Numbered from the stretch's first letter, positions 49,759-59,403 are shown. The stretch: DNA of 64,000 nt from an uncultured Bacteroidales bacterium (GCA_903913285.1 CAIWKO010000045.1:4068-68067), one strand, 5' to 3'. The notes: generated by a model from the letters alone, not told the origin. Program-made: numbers and translations.

Positions 49759-49951
49759 AATTTTAATGCTAAGGTTTATATAATTTGGCGCAAAGATATT
49801 AATTCCTAATAAAGTAGTAAGCAATTGTAATTCCGAACTTGGTTAAATTTACGTTAAAGTAGTTTTTATCTTCATTTATGCACTAAATTTGTATCGGCAT
49901 ACATTATTTATTTAATCATATTCCTTTTGCAGAGAATAAAAAAGTAAAATT

Positions 49952-50674
49952 ATGAAAAAAATAGTTATTCTTTTATCAATTATTTTATTTTCGGGTATAA
50001 TATCTCAAGCTCAAAATATAACATTAAAAAATTCTGGAACTAATTATGCAAATGGAGATACACTGGTCGTTAGTGGTAGTGCTTCAGTTACCCTGTCCAG
50101 CTTTATGGATGTAACTAATAATTCCGGTACTTCTATGTCAATCAAATGTCATCGTGTTGACCTGAATATTGTTGCAGGTTCAACAAATTCCATTTGTTTC
50201 GGAGGTTCATGCTGGCCTGATACGGTATCAATTTCTCCTGCATCAATAGTAGCAGCAGGAGCAACAACATCAGAGTTCAGCGGCGATTATAAAGCTCATG
50301 GCTTTGGAGGAACATCTTATATCAGATATACCTTTTATGACCAGCATACTACGACAGATACTATTTGCTTTATTGGTAAGTATATAGCTTCAGGCGTTGG
50401 TATAGATGAGTTAACCGGTGTCAGCATTTCTGATGCTTATCCAAATCCAGCCAATACTTTTGCTGTAATCAATTATGCAGTATCTTCCGCCGACAATTCA
50501 GCTCGTGTTATTGTGAGCGATCTTTTAGGAAAAGAAATGATATCGATTCCGGTCACAGAAAAGGAAGGCAAGATTAAAATTGAAACCGGAAATCTGGTCA
50601 ACGGAATTTATTTTTATTCATTCCGAACGAAAGATAAAATTGCCTACACGAAAAAACTTATTGTAAAACATTAA
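49952..50674 (+). CDS. Small T9SS-secreted protein with a C-terminal sorting domain.
   Basis: The protein is 240 aa with a signal peptide. The C-terminus DAYPNPANTFAVINY...GIYFYSFRTKDKIAYTKKLIVKH matches the T9SS CTD pattern. Confidence 0.8.
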   Translation: MKKIVILLSIILFSGIISQAQNITLKNSGTNYANGDTLVVSGSASVTLSSFMDVTNNSGTSMSIKCHRVDLNIVAGSTNSICFGGSCWPDTVSISPASIVAAGATTSEFSGDYKAHGFGGTSYIRYTFYDQHTTTDTICFIGKYIASGVGIDELTGVSISDAYPNPANTFAVINYAVSSADNSARVIVSDLLGKEMISIPVTEKEGKIKIETGNLVNGIYFYSFRTKDKIAYTKKLIVKH

Positions 50675-50706
50675 TAAAAAAACCCCGCTTTCGCGGGGTT
50701 TTTTGT
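50675..50706. terminator. Bidirectional rho-independent terminator between convergent genes.
   Basis: An A run precedes ccccgc-tttc-gcgggg and a T run follows. It serves both the T9SS cargo gene (+) and metK (-). Confidence 0.8.
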
Positions 50707-52017
50707 TTATTTCAGTTTGAATTCTTTTTTGATTTTATCAACATAATCGAGGTTTTCCCAGGCAAAAAACTCAACGGTTTTAAAATAATGTTCTTTGGAA
50801 TCGATCTTTTTGACTCTTGTATCTTTATTTTGATAATACACTTCAACTTCTTTCTTCACATAATCTCTTCCAAAATGCCCGTAGCTTGCCGTTGCATGGA
50901 AAATAGGGTTCTTCAAACCGAATCTTTTCACTATGGCGTAAGGACGCATATCGAAAATGTCGTTTATTTTTTCAGCGATTTGTCCGTCGGTTAGTTTTTT
51001 TCCGGCTTTATCAGTTACCTTCGATGTGCCGTATGTATTAACATACAAGCCCACAGGCTGTGCAACACCGATTGCATAAGCAACCTGAATCAATACTTCA
51101 TCAGCAACACCTGCAGCAACAAGATTTTTAGCTATGTGACGGGCAGCATAAGCAGCCGAACGATCGACCTTTGAAGAATCTTTGCCTGAAAAAGCGCCTC
51201 CGCCATGAGCACCTTTGCCACCATAAGTGTCAACAATGATCTTGCGACCTGTAAGCCCCGTGTCACCATGAGGTCCGCCAATGACAAATTTACCGGTAGG
51301 ATTTACATGAAGTTTGAAATTGCCTTTCAGCATTTTTTTCACACTTTCAGGCAAAGTTTTTACTTTTGCAACTCGTGGGATCAAAATTTCAAGAACATCC
51401 TTTTTAATAATTTCAAGCATCTTCTTTTCAGTATCGAAATCATCATGTTGTGTCGATATTACAATGGTATCAATTCGTTCAGCCTTACCGTTATCATTAT
51501 AGGCAATAGTTACCTGTGATTTGGCATCGGGACGCAGGTACTTCATTTTTTTACCTTCGCGGCGAATTTCGGCCAATTCCTGTAGCAACACATGCGCCAA
51601 TTCGATTGGCATTGGCATATAATTGTCCATTTCTTTGCAGGCATAGCCAAACATCATACCCTGGTCGCCTGCACCCTGATCTTCATCTTTTTTACGAACA
51701 ACACCCTGGTTGATATCGCTTGATTGTTCGTGTATGGTTGAAATTACGCCGCACGAATCAGCGTCAAAACGATATTCAGCTTTGGTATAGCCTATTTTGC
51801 GAATGGCTTCCCGGGCTATATGTTGAACGTCTGCATAGCCGTTTGTTTTTACTTCACCGCTGCAAACGGTAAGGCCTGTGGTAACCAGAGTTTCACAAGC
51901 AACTTTTGATTCAGGATCGAAACGTAAGAATTCGTCGAGTAATGCGTCGGAGATCTGATCAGCAACTTTATCCGGATGTCCTTCAGAAACAGATTCTGAT
52001 GTAAATAAATATCCCAT
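50707..52017 (-). CDS. metK: S-adenosylmethionine synthetase.
   Basis: The protein is 436 aa and contains [62 protein letters not shown] and SKVDRSAAY. Confidence 0.97.
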   Translation of the reverse strand: MGYLFTSESVSEGHPDKVADQISDALLDEFLRFDPESKVACETLVTTGLTVCSGEVKTNGYADVQHIAREAIRKIGYTKAEYRFDADSCGVISTIHEQSSDINQGVVRKKDEDQGAGDQGMMFGYACKEMDNYMPMPIELAHVLLQELAEIRREGKKMKYLRPDAKSQVTIAYNDNGKAERIDTIVISTQHDDFDTEKKMLEIIKKDVLEILIPRVAKVKTLPESVKKMLKGNFKLHVNPTGKFVIGGPHGDTGLTGRKIIVDTYGGKGAHGGGAFSGKDSSKVDRSAAYAARHIAKNLVAAGVADEVLIQVAYAIGVAQPVGLYVNTYGTSKVTDKAGKKLTDGQIAEKINDIFDMRPYAIVKRFGLKNPIFHATASYGHFGRDYVKKEVEVYYQNKDTRVKKIDSKEHYFKTVEFFAWENLDYVDKIKKEFKLK

Positions 52018-52181
52018 GTTGTAATGGTTTTAGTGAATAAATAGTTTGTGAAATTTTGATTGAATTGTCAAGGGGAAAGAAATTGTTTTAGCATTTTTTC
52101 CTGTGGTTGCAATCAATCAAATTTTTCCACACCAATTTGGTGGTGCAAAAGTAAAGCTTTTTTTGAGAATACAAAAAGATT

Positions 52182-53093
52182 TTATTCTTTGGTAAGCTGA
52201 TGAAAAACATCTTCCATGCTGTTGTCTTCTTTATGCATCGAAAGAACAGCCAATTTATTCGCTACAGCAAAATTAAAAATATTGGTACGAACCGCTTCAT
52301 TGTCTTCGGCCTGAAATTCCCAGATATGATCTTTTTTATGTGATACATGAATAATGCCTTCGATCTTTTTCAGCATTTCAGCATTAACTGTATCGTTGAA
52401 TTCAACCGTTATGATGTTTTTATTTTTAAGCAGATGATGCAGGTTTTGAGTCAGGTCGTCGGCAACAATGATTCCTTTGTTTATGATTATGGCACGGTTG
52501 CATACGGCTTCCACTTCCTGCATGATGTGGGTAGAAAGGATCACCGTTTTTTCAACTCCGATCTTTTTGATCAGGCTGCGGATATCAATGATCTGATTTG
52601 GATCGAGCCCTGATGTGGGTTCGTCCAATATCAATACTTCAGGATTATGCATCATGGCCTGAGCCAATCCAACACGCTGCCTGAATCCTTTTGATAAAGC
52701 CCCGATCTTCTTTTTTTGCTCTGCCTCAAGGCCGGTTATTTCAATCATTTCCTCAACCCGGTTATTTTTCGCATTGCCAAGTTTATGAATACCTGCAATA
52801 AAAAGCAGGAACTCTCTCACATACATTTCAAGATATAACGGATTATGTTCGGGCAGATACCCTACTTTTTTACGAACTTCAAGAGATTGTTCCATCACAT
52901 CAAAGCCGCATACAAACGCATCGCCGGAAGTGGGCGGAATAAAACAGCTGAGGATTTTCATCAGCGTTGATTTTCCTGCTCCGTTCGGGCCGAGTAAACC
53001 AACTATTTCACCGCTGTTTATTTCAAAAGATATGGAATCGAGCGCTTTTTGCTTTCCATACTTTTTTGTAATTTGTTCGACTTTTATTGACAT
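52182..53093 (-). CDS. gldA: ABC transporter ATP-binding protein, GldA-like (gliding-motility-associated ABC ATPase).
   Basis: The protein is 303 aa. It has Walker A GPNGAGKST, the signature LSKGFRQR and Walker B LILDEP. The block GYLPEHNPLYLEMYVREFL resembles my memory of Flavobacterium GldA. No permease gene is adjacent. Confidence 0.6.
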   Translation of the reverse strand: MSIKVEQITKKYGKQKALDSISFEINSGEIVGLLGPNGAGKSTLMKILSCFIPPTSGDAFVCGFDVMEQSLEVRKKVGYLPEHNPLYLEMYVREFLLFIAGIHKLGNAKNNRVEEMIEITGLEAEQKKKIGALSKGFRQRVGLAQAMMHNPEVLILDEPTSGLDPNQIIDIRSLIKKIGVEKTVILSTHIMQEVEAVCNRAIIINKGIIVADDLTQNLHHLLKNKNIITVEFNDTVNAEMLKKIEGIIHVSHKKDHIWEFQAEDNEAVRTNIFNFAVANKLAVLSMHKEDNSMEDVFHQLTKE

Positions 53094-53121
53094 TGTTGTA
53101 ATCTAAATAAGTAAAACCAAG

Positions 53122-53204
53122 TAGCCCCACCAAGAATCCCTGCCTGCGTGACTGCGTCAGCAGATCAGGCAGGGAACCTGAATTTAAAGTTTAGGAAACT
53201 TTCC
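53122..53204 (-). pseudogene. Truncated duplicate of the 3' half of tRNA-Arg(CCT), interrupted by a 35-nt palindrome.
   Basis: Positions 53122-53138 and 53174-53200 match 53271-53287 and 53288-53314 of the intact gene, with one mismatch. The inserted segment 53139-53173 is cctgcctgcgtgactgcgtcagcagatcaggcagg. Confidence 0.85.
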
Positions 53205-53270
53205 ATAAATGCCTTTAAATTTTGCTTCTTTAATCAAAACGCAAAGGTAATTTTTTTATTTTATCATTAG

Positions 53271-53342
53271 TAGCCCCACCAGGAATCGAACCTGAATTTA
53301 AAGTTTAGGAAACTTCCGTTCTATCCGTTGAACTATGGGGCC
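53271..53342 (-). tRNA. tRNA-Arg (anticodon CCT).
   Basis: The reverse complement folds into a cloverleaf. The acceptor stem is GGCCCCA/TGGGGCT (G1-U72 wobble), the D-arm is GTTCAACGGATAGAAC, the anticodon loop is TTCCTAA and the T-arm is TCAGGTTCGATTCCTGG. Confidence 0.9.
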
Positions 53343-53412
53343 TAAATTAATGGGCAAAGGTAAATATTTTTGTTTTATTACAGTGCCCATTATCAAAGTT
53401 TGAGGTCGTCAA

Positions 53413-53441
53413 TAAAAAACCCCGGCCTTTCAGTCGGGGTT
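53413..53441 (-). terminator. Rho-independent terminator of the alpha-2-macroglobulin gene (minus strand).
   Basis: The minus-strand RNA forms ccccg-actgaaaggc-cgggg followed by ttttttatt. It lies about 20 nt past the stop codon. Confidence 0.7.
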
Positions 53442-53461
53442 TAAATTGATTTCAAACGAAG

Positions 53462-56400
53462 CTATTTCTTAGCCGTTATAGCATCATTAAACGGAACCAC
53501 TTCTACCCATTCACCTTTGGTGCGTGCATAGATGGAATTATCGTACATGGCGTCACAACTCACGGTTGGCAAATAAAAGCGCCCTAAATAACTTGCATTC
53601 AGCAGCACTTTATAAATGCGTTTTTCATTGGTTCCTATACTGAAAAATGTAAACACGCGGTCATCGCGGAAATCCTGATAGTCAAAAGTAGACATCTGAA
53701 CTTGCCCGTACGAATCGTCCATGCGGGTGTTGTGAATTTCCCAACCCGAAGGGAAGATGTGTGAAAGTGCCATATTATAATAAAATCCAAGCAACCCGGG
53801 ATTGGTAATGGTGACTTCGGCAATAAAATCAGTTCCCTGTTGCAATTTCGAAGGATCAATTTTTTCGCCTTTCAGCGATTTGTACTGAACTTCGATCTTC
53901 AGGTTATTATCAGAAGCTTTTTCGTTGCCGGCTGCCGGAATCCCCGACATGATAAGACGGGCATATAACAAACCTTTACTGTTGTTCTTTATCTTCAACT
54001 TTCCTTTCTGCGTTACATTTTTCTGGTTCAGATCGATGGTGCATACCGGTCTCTCCGATTTTTTACTAATAGCGGCTCCGTTATTCAGCGTATATGAAAA
54101 ATCTATGCCGCCATTGCCACCGGTTGATTTCACAAATTTCGAAATGGCAAGCAAACAATAGGCTGTTGCTTGTGTATTCATCCATTCATCTTTACTCAAA
54201 CGGTCGGAGATAATTTTTACGATCGGTGCAGCTTTTGTTCGCTGATCAAGCAGTGTCAAGGCTTCCACTATCATAGCACGGTCGCGCTCGTCAGAACCAT
54301 AAGTGAACGCCATTTCCTTGTATGATTTTATCGTTGTCGATGCACCGGCAGCAAGTTGTTTGGCAACGTCGGTCTGCCCGGCAAGCTGATAGGCCGCAGC
54401 CAGTCGCCATTTTGCCTGTGCCGACAAGTTCTTTTGTTCTTTCAGCAGGTTCATGGCACCCAATTCGGGAGCCTTAGCCAAAGCCAGGGTATAAAGCCTG
54501 TATGCCTGAACCAGATCGTAATTGTAATAGTATTTCGAATAGGTCGAGGTCCATTCAAGCGATTTCCGTTTCTGATATTTTTCCCATTTCTTCAACAAAA
54601 CGGATGAAACGGTGTATCCCTTATCTTTGGCTTCGAGTAGGAAATGTCCGGCATAGCATGAGCCCCATTCATCGGCTTCATACGAGCCCGGCCAATACGA
54701 GAAACCTCCTGTCGATGTCTGGAACGAATTGATACGGCTAATACCTGCTTTAATGTTGCGTTCGATATTTTTCTTCATATTATCGTCCACATCCATCAGA
54801 TCCGACAGATACAACTGCGGAAATACCGAAGAAGTGGTCTGTTCAATACACCCGTATGGATATTCAACAAGATATTTCAATCGTTTTTCGAGATTCAATG
54901 GCGGTATCGACGAAATTTCTATCGTACACTTATTCGTTCCGGCAATGCCGACAGGAGTGAAGTTGGTGTTCCACGATTGACCCGATTTCACGATGTCACT
55001 AAGCACTTCGGTAGTCTCCGGATTCGGGTTGCGCACATCAATTTCGATATCGAAAACGGCATATTCATTTCCGCTGTTTGCCATCACCTTCACTTTTCCA
55101 ATTCCTGTTGCATCCTTTACTTTCAGTTGGAAATTCACCAGCTCGTCGCCGATTTCAGTAAAAGTTATCGATTTGGTGTTATTGTCCATGATGGTAAACA
55201 TATCATTCGTTGTTACTTTAACAGTAACATTTTTGACAAATTTTTCCATCGCGAAAACGCTTACCGGAAGCGATACGGTTTCGCCCGGTCCCACAACCCG
55301 AGGCAGAGTGGCCAGCAGCATCAATGGTTTGCGAACGGCGACTGTCTTCTCAGTCGAGCCGTATGCCCCATCCTGACCGGCAATCACCATCACACGTACT
55401 GAGCCCACGTATTGCGGCATTTTAAAGTTATACGTATTCGATGCACCTTTTTTCAAAGCAAAAGGTCCGAAGAATTTCACCATGGGCTTAAAGCGGTTGG
55501 CCCTGTTAGCGCCTTTACCACCACCGCCTTCATCACCACCGCCGATACTTAATATGCGTTCGAGTTCTCCTCCATAGGCACCCATCACCATATCGTAAAT
55601 ATCCCACGATTTCACTCCCAAAGCTTCGCGGGCGTAGAAATAATCCCACGGATTGGGGGTTTTATATTTGGTCAGATCAAGCAGTCCTTCATCCACAACA
55701 GCTACCGTATAGGTCATAGCTTTGCCGTTTTCTTCCTTGATCGTGATGCTCGCGTTTTCTTCCGGTTTCAACACATCCGCCATTTTTATAACGGGCCGCA
55801 GGTGTGTGTTTGGGTCTTCAACCATAATGGGAATAACGCCATAGAGCCTGATCGGCAAATCGTTTGCTGTTTGCTGATGCGGCTGTATCAACGTAACCCC
55901 GACATAGATGTTGGGAGCCATTTCTTCTGTGACATCGAAGGTAAAAATGGTTTGATCTTTTTGCGTATCTACCCAATACGACTGCAATATCTTCGAGCCG
56001 GTTTCAAGTGTAATCAGTGCACGGGCTCCTTCGCTGCTGGGTATGGTGAGTTTCACCTTATCGCCCACTTTGTATTTATCTTTGTCGGCCGAGAACATCA
56101 GCATGGCAGCACCTTCTTTGCCTTCGCCCGAACGGCTTGCCCAGTCGGACCAGTCGAAATACACTACTTTTCCGGTGCTGTGTCCGCTTTCAATATCCGT
56201 GATACGGACAAAATAACGTCCCCAGTCGGCATCGGGTATATTCATCAAAAATTGTCCTTTGCCCTGAATGGCAGTGAGCGTATACGACTTGTATACTTCG
56301 TGATAAACGCTCTTCACAAAATCGGCTACATCATCGCCCGAATTATCCCACCACCAGCGCCAGTTCACTTTATAAATGTCCACTTTCACCTTGCTTGACG

Positions 56401-59071
56401 GAATTAAATTTCCTTTCCAATCCAGATTGACGAAACGGAACGTATAATCTTTATCCGTATTAAGCATGCCGGTGTATTTGTCGCCCTCGGGCACATTCAC
56501 CCCCACATAGCTTTTAAACGGATAATATAAAAACGAAAACTGATCAACGCTGAAATCACCGCCGGGTTCAAACACGCGTGCTTCGAAGTTGGCACGCAAA
56601 ACCCCCGGAGCAGTATTATCAATATTGATATCGGGATACACATCTGCTTTTCCTTCGGCATCCAGGTTGGCATTAAATATCTTGTAGGTTTCCGAATAGA
56701 ATTTCTTCGAAGGATCGTCGAAAGCGTAGGTCGAATATTTTTCGAAGGCTGTGTTCGTGCGGTTCAGCACCAGCGAAATGTCGGCTTTCAGGTTGCGGGC
56801 CGTAGCGCCAACCAGCCATTTGGCTTCCAACACACCTTTCGATTCTTTGGTGATCTTTTCCGCACCGAAATCAAGTTTTATTTTCAATCGGTTGGGCTTG
56901 ATGGTCTCAATTTTCAACGATTTGCTGAAACTCGAACCTCCCACCTGAACATTGGCGGTCCAATAGCCTGTCAATGCAGCCGGATCGGTGGCCGTTCGGA
57001 AATCGTAGAATCCGTTGATCGATGAAGTTTTCACGATATGCTGAACCTTCTGCCCGCGCGGATTCGTCAGATCGAACACCACAGGGGTTTCGGGCGAAAG
57101 TTTGTTTAATTTGTCTTCCAGAATAAACGTCAGATAGATAGAGTCGCCCGGACGCCAAACGCCGCGTTCGCCATACAGGAAGCCTTTGATGCCTTTATGA
57201 ACGGCTTCGCCTCCCACGTCGAACATGCTCAGCGAAAGTGCCGAACCGCCCGTCAACTTCAGATACGTGCGCTGATCGCCTTTTTTGGCTACAATTAAAA
57301 AAGGAACTTTTTTCAGTTGAATAACTGCTTTCCCGTCGGCGTTGGTTTCAACTTTGTTCAGTTCCTGACTCTGATAATCCAGTATGGTGATAGCCACATC
57401 CGACATCGGCTTGGCAGTAACCAAATTGGTGGTAAAAATATTCAACTCACCTGTGGTGCCCACTTTTGCAATTACCCCAATATCCGTAGCCAGCACGTTT
57501 CTGCTAACGGTTTTGCCGTTATAATACGATTCTTCGCACGGATTTTCGCGTTCGCTCCAGTTATAGTAGTAGTAATCGTAGTCTTCGTCATATTCGTAGC
57601 CGTTGTCATCATAATAATACCAGTTCTCGGGTTCAACGTCTTTACTTTCGTCCCACGACGATTTCATATTTTTGTCTTCGGCCACGTCGGTGTTCGATTC
57701 GTTGCAGTTCGAATACATCGAATAGGCTTTTTTGATGCTCAGCGTAACTTTATATATGGCTCCCGGTTCGGCTTTTATCAGTTCGGCCAGATCCAGATAA
57801 TAACGGTTCCATTTGCTGTAGTTGAGCACGGCCGATTTTGCCGATTGCAGCTGTATGGTCTTTTTCAGCACCACTTTGCCCACCCGGCTCAGTTCGCGTT
57901 CGCCTTTCAGGTCGTTTACCTGTAGAAATTGCGCCACATTCGATTCGTATATCTTCAAAATTTTCACATCCACCGCGTTCACGTTCACAGCTTCAAACGG
58001 GAAAATAAGCCCGTTGGTGCTGGGCAAAATGCAACCTTCGCCCACCAAACGTATGTTAGGTTTCACATCTTCAAATGTTATCGAATCTTCAAGCCGTTTG
58101 CCGAGTTCTTTGCTGTTGAGGTTTTTGATGTTCGGCTGCAGGGTTATAATTTCCGTGCCTTTCATTTCCAGTGGTGCATAAACGCGTATCTGGTTGTCTT
58201 CTATCACAAATTTAAGGTCTTTTGTTTTGCTCAGGCTGATAAATCCCGAAAGGTCCTGATCATCCAACAGGGGATCGGAAAACTGCAGACAAATATATTG
58301 TTCGGGGCTCTGAACCGCGCGTATCGAAACAAGTTTGAATTCGTTTAAAGATGGAATGGGCACCGTAACCGAACCTTTTTCATCGGCGTTGATGGTTTTT
58401 CCGTTCCATTTCAGGTCCACTGCCGAAGCTACTGTGGTTCGTTTCACACTGTCGATGGTGAAGTTGAACGATTTTTTATCGCTGCTGGGCGTAACTTTCA
58501 CGTTCAGTTTGCGGCTTTCCTGGTTGGCTTCCAGCATGCGCTGCACGTTTTCGGCATCGGCGGCATCGGCTGTAACCAGGGTTCCCGTAACCTTTTCCAG
58601 GCCCAGACTTTTATTATTATACGCTTTATGATTGTCGATACTCACCTCGAAAGCCTGTTTGGCTGTGTGAAACTGAAACACGAAGGTCTTCATGCTGTCG
58701 GGCACTTTTATCACTTTGTTCAGGCGAAACCTAACGGTGAACAGTTCGTTGGCCGGAAGCTTTTTATCGGGCCTGAATTCAACCGTACGCGTGTCTATCC
58801 AATAGGCTTTTCCGTCCACATCGGGCGAAATGCTGAACAGATCGTCTTCAATTACCTTTTCAAACTTCGACGAGTCGGCAATGTCAAAATTCAAGCGCAC
58901 CTTCACCGTCGATTCGGTAGAGATCACCCCCGAGGTAAAAGCCGAAACATATTCGCGAAATGCAGGATTAACTTTTATGATAGCCTGCGACCGCGTTCTT
59001 ACGATCAACACGATGGCAATAATCACAAAAACTCCAATGATGGAGGAGAGAATAATTTTTTTCTTGTCCAT
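53462..59071 (-). CDS. Bacterial alpha-2-macroglobulin family protein with an intact thioester motif.
   Basis: The protein is 1869 aa with an N-terminal TM anchor and repeated MG-type beta domains. The thioester motif YPYGCIEQTTSS has CIEQ encoded at 54839-54850. The C-terminal receptor-binding-like domain follows. Confidence 0.9.
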   Translation of the reverse strand: MDKKKIILSSIIGVFVIIAIVLIVRTRSQAIIKVNPAFREYVSAFTSGVISTESTVKVRLNFDIADSSKFEKVIEDDLFSISPDVDGKAYWIDTRTVEFRPDKKLPANELFTVRFRLNKVIKVPDSMKTFVFQFHTAKQAFEVSIDNHKAYNNKSLGLEKVTGTLVTADAADAENVQRMLEANQESRKLNVKVTPSSDKKSFNFTIDSVKRTTVASAVDLKWNGKTINADEKGSVTVPIPSLNEFKLVSIRAVQSPEQYICLQFSDPLLDDQDLSGFISLSKTKDLKFVIEDNQIRVYAPLEMKGTEIITLQPNIKNLNSKELGKRLEDSITFEDVKPNIRLVGEGCILPSTNGLIFPFEAVNVNAVDVKILKIYESNVAQFLQVNDLKGERELSRVGKVVLKKTIQLQSAKSAVLNYSKWNRYYLDLAELIKAEPGAIYKVTLSIKKAYSMYSNCNESNTDVAEDKNMKSSWDESKDVEPENWYYYDDNGYEYDEDYDYYYYNWSERENPCEESYYNGKTVSRNVLATDIGVIAKVGTTGELNIFTTNLVTAKPMSDVAITILDYQSQELNKVETNADGKAVIQLKKVPFLIVAKKGDQRTYLKLTGGSALSLSMFDVGGEAVHKGIKGFLYGERGVWRPGDSIYLTFILEDKLNKLSPETPVVFDLTNPRGQKVQHIVKTSSINGFYDFRTATDPAALTGYWTANVQVGGSSFSKSLKIETIKPNRLKIKLDFGAEKITKESKGVLEAKWLVGATARNLKADISLVLNRTNTAFEKYSTYAFDDPSKKFYSETYKIFNANLDAEGKADVYPDINIDNTAPGVLRANFEARVFEPGGDFSVDQFSFLYYPFKSYVGVNVPEGDKYTGMLNTDKDYTFRFVNLDWKGNLIPSSKVKVDIYKVNWRWWWDNSGDDVADFVKSVYHEVYKSYTLTAIQGKGQFLMNIPDADWGRYFVRITDIESGHSTGKVVYFDWSDWASRSGEGKEGAAMLMFSADKDKYKVGDKVKLTIPSSEGARALITLETGSKILQSYWVDTQKDQTIFTFDVTEEMAPNIYVGVTLIQPHQQTANDLPIRLYGVIPIMVEDPNTHLRPVIKMADVLKPEENASITIKEENGKAMTYTVAVVDEGLLDLTKYKTPNPWDYFYAREALGVKSWDIYDMVMGAYGGELERILSIGGGDEGGGGKGANRANRFKPMVKFFGPFALKKGASNTYNFKMPQYVGSVRVMVIAGQDGAYGSTEKTVAVRKPLMLLATLPRVVGPGETVSLPVSVFAMEKFVKNVTVKVTTNDMFTIMDNNTKSITFTEIGDELVNFQLKVKDATGIGKVKVMANSGNEYAVFDIEIDVRNPNPETTEVLSDIVKSGQSWNTNFTPVGIAGTNKCTIEISSIPPLNLEKRLKYLVEYPYGCIEQTTSSVFPQLYLSDLMDVDDNMKKNIERNIKAGISRINSFQTSTGGFSYWPGSYEADEWGSCYAGHFLLEAKDKGYTVSSVLLKKWEKYQKRKSLEWTSTYSKYYYNYDLVQAYRLYTLALAKAPELGAMNLLKEQKNLSAQAKWRLAAAYQLAGQTDVAKQLAAGASTTIKSYKEMAFTYGSDERDRAMIVEALTLLDQRTKAAPIVKIISDRLSKDEWMNTQATAYCLLAISKFVKSTGGNGGIDFSYTLNNGAAISKKSERPVCTIDLNQKNVTQKGKLKIKNNSKGLLYARLIMSGIPAAGNEKASDNNLKIEVQYKSLKGEKIDPSKLQQGTDFIAEVTITNPGLLGFYYNMALSHIFPSGWEIHNTRMDDSYGQVQMSTFDYQDFRDDRVFTFFSIGTNEKRIYKVLLNASYLGRFYLPTVSCDAMYDNSIYARTKGEWVEVVPFNDAITAKK

Positions 59072-59199
59072 GGAATAATGAATTAATGATGGATGATATT
59101 TTACGTAAAATTAGTAAATAATTAATGCGTTTTCACGTGCAGATAAAAAAATATTTGTTTGTAAAAAAAATCACAAACAAAACATCTTTATCGCTTGAA

Positions 59200-59349
59200 T
59201 TTGGTATTAGTTTATTTTTAGCCACGAAGACACGAAGACACAAAGAATTCACTAAGAAATATACAAAACCCAATCAAATCAACTTGGTGCATCCCCGCCT
59301 GCGTCGGGCAGGTTAGTGCCTTAGAGCCCCTGCCTGACGGTAGGCATGG
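59200..59349. repeat. Cluster of GC-rich intergenic repeat motifs.
   Basis: gccacgaagacacgaagacacaaag contains a tandem cgaagaca. The small hairpins cctgc-gtcgg-gcagg and tgcct-gacgg-taggca follow. The 8-mers CCTGCCTG and GCCTGCGT are shared with the palindrome inside the tRNA-Arg fragment. Confidence 0.6.
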
Positions 59350-59403
59350 TTTGTGGCAATAATGTCTTTTAACCCTTGATTGGTATTATTTGTAATTTCC
59401 TTC

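Noticed and set aside
52018-52181. SAM riboswitch annotated as a feature upstream of metK.
   Set aside because: I could not find the conserved core of any SAM riboswitch class by eye. It is left as a low-interest item to be scanned computationally.
53635-59086. About 20 antisense or alternate-frame ORFs of up to 202 aa overlapping the alpha-2-macroglobulin gene.
   Set aside because: The reason is the same: GC-rich DNA under a single 1869-aa gene with clear family motifs. The antisense products are low-complexity and rich in R, F and V.
59125-59316. 63-aa ORF ending ...ATKTRRHKEFTKKYTKPNQINLVHPRLRRAG.
   Set aside because: The reading frame runs through intergenic repeat motifs (cgaagaca tandem and a GC-rich hairpin). 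Such strings are typical artefacts of translating dispersed repeats.
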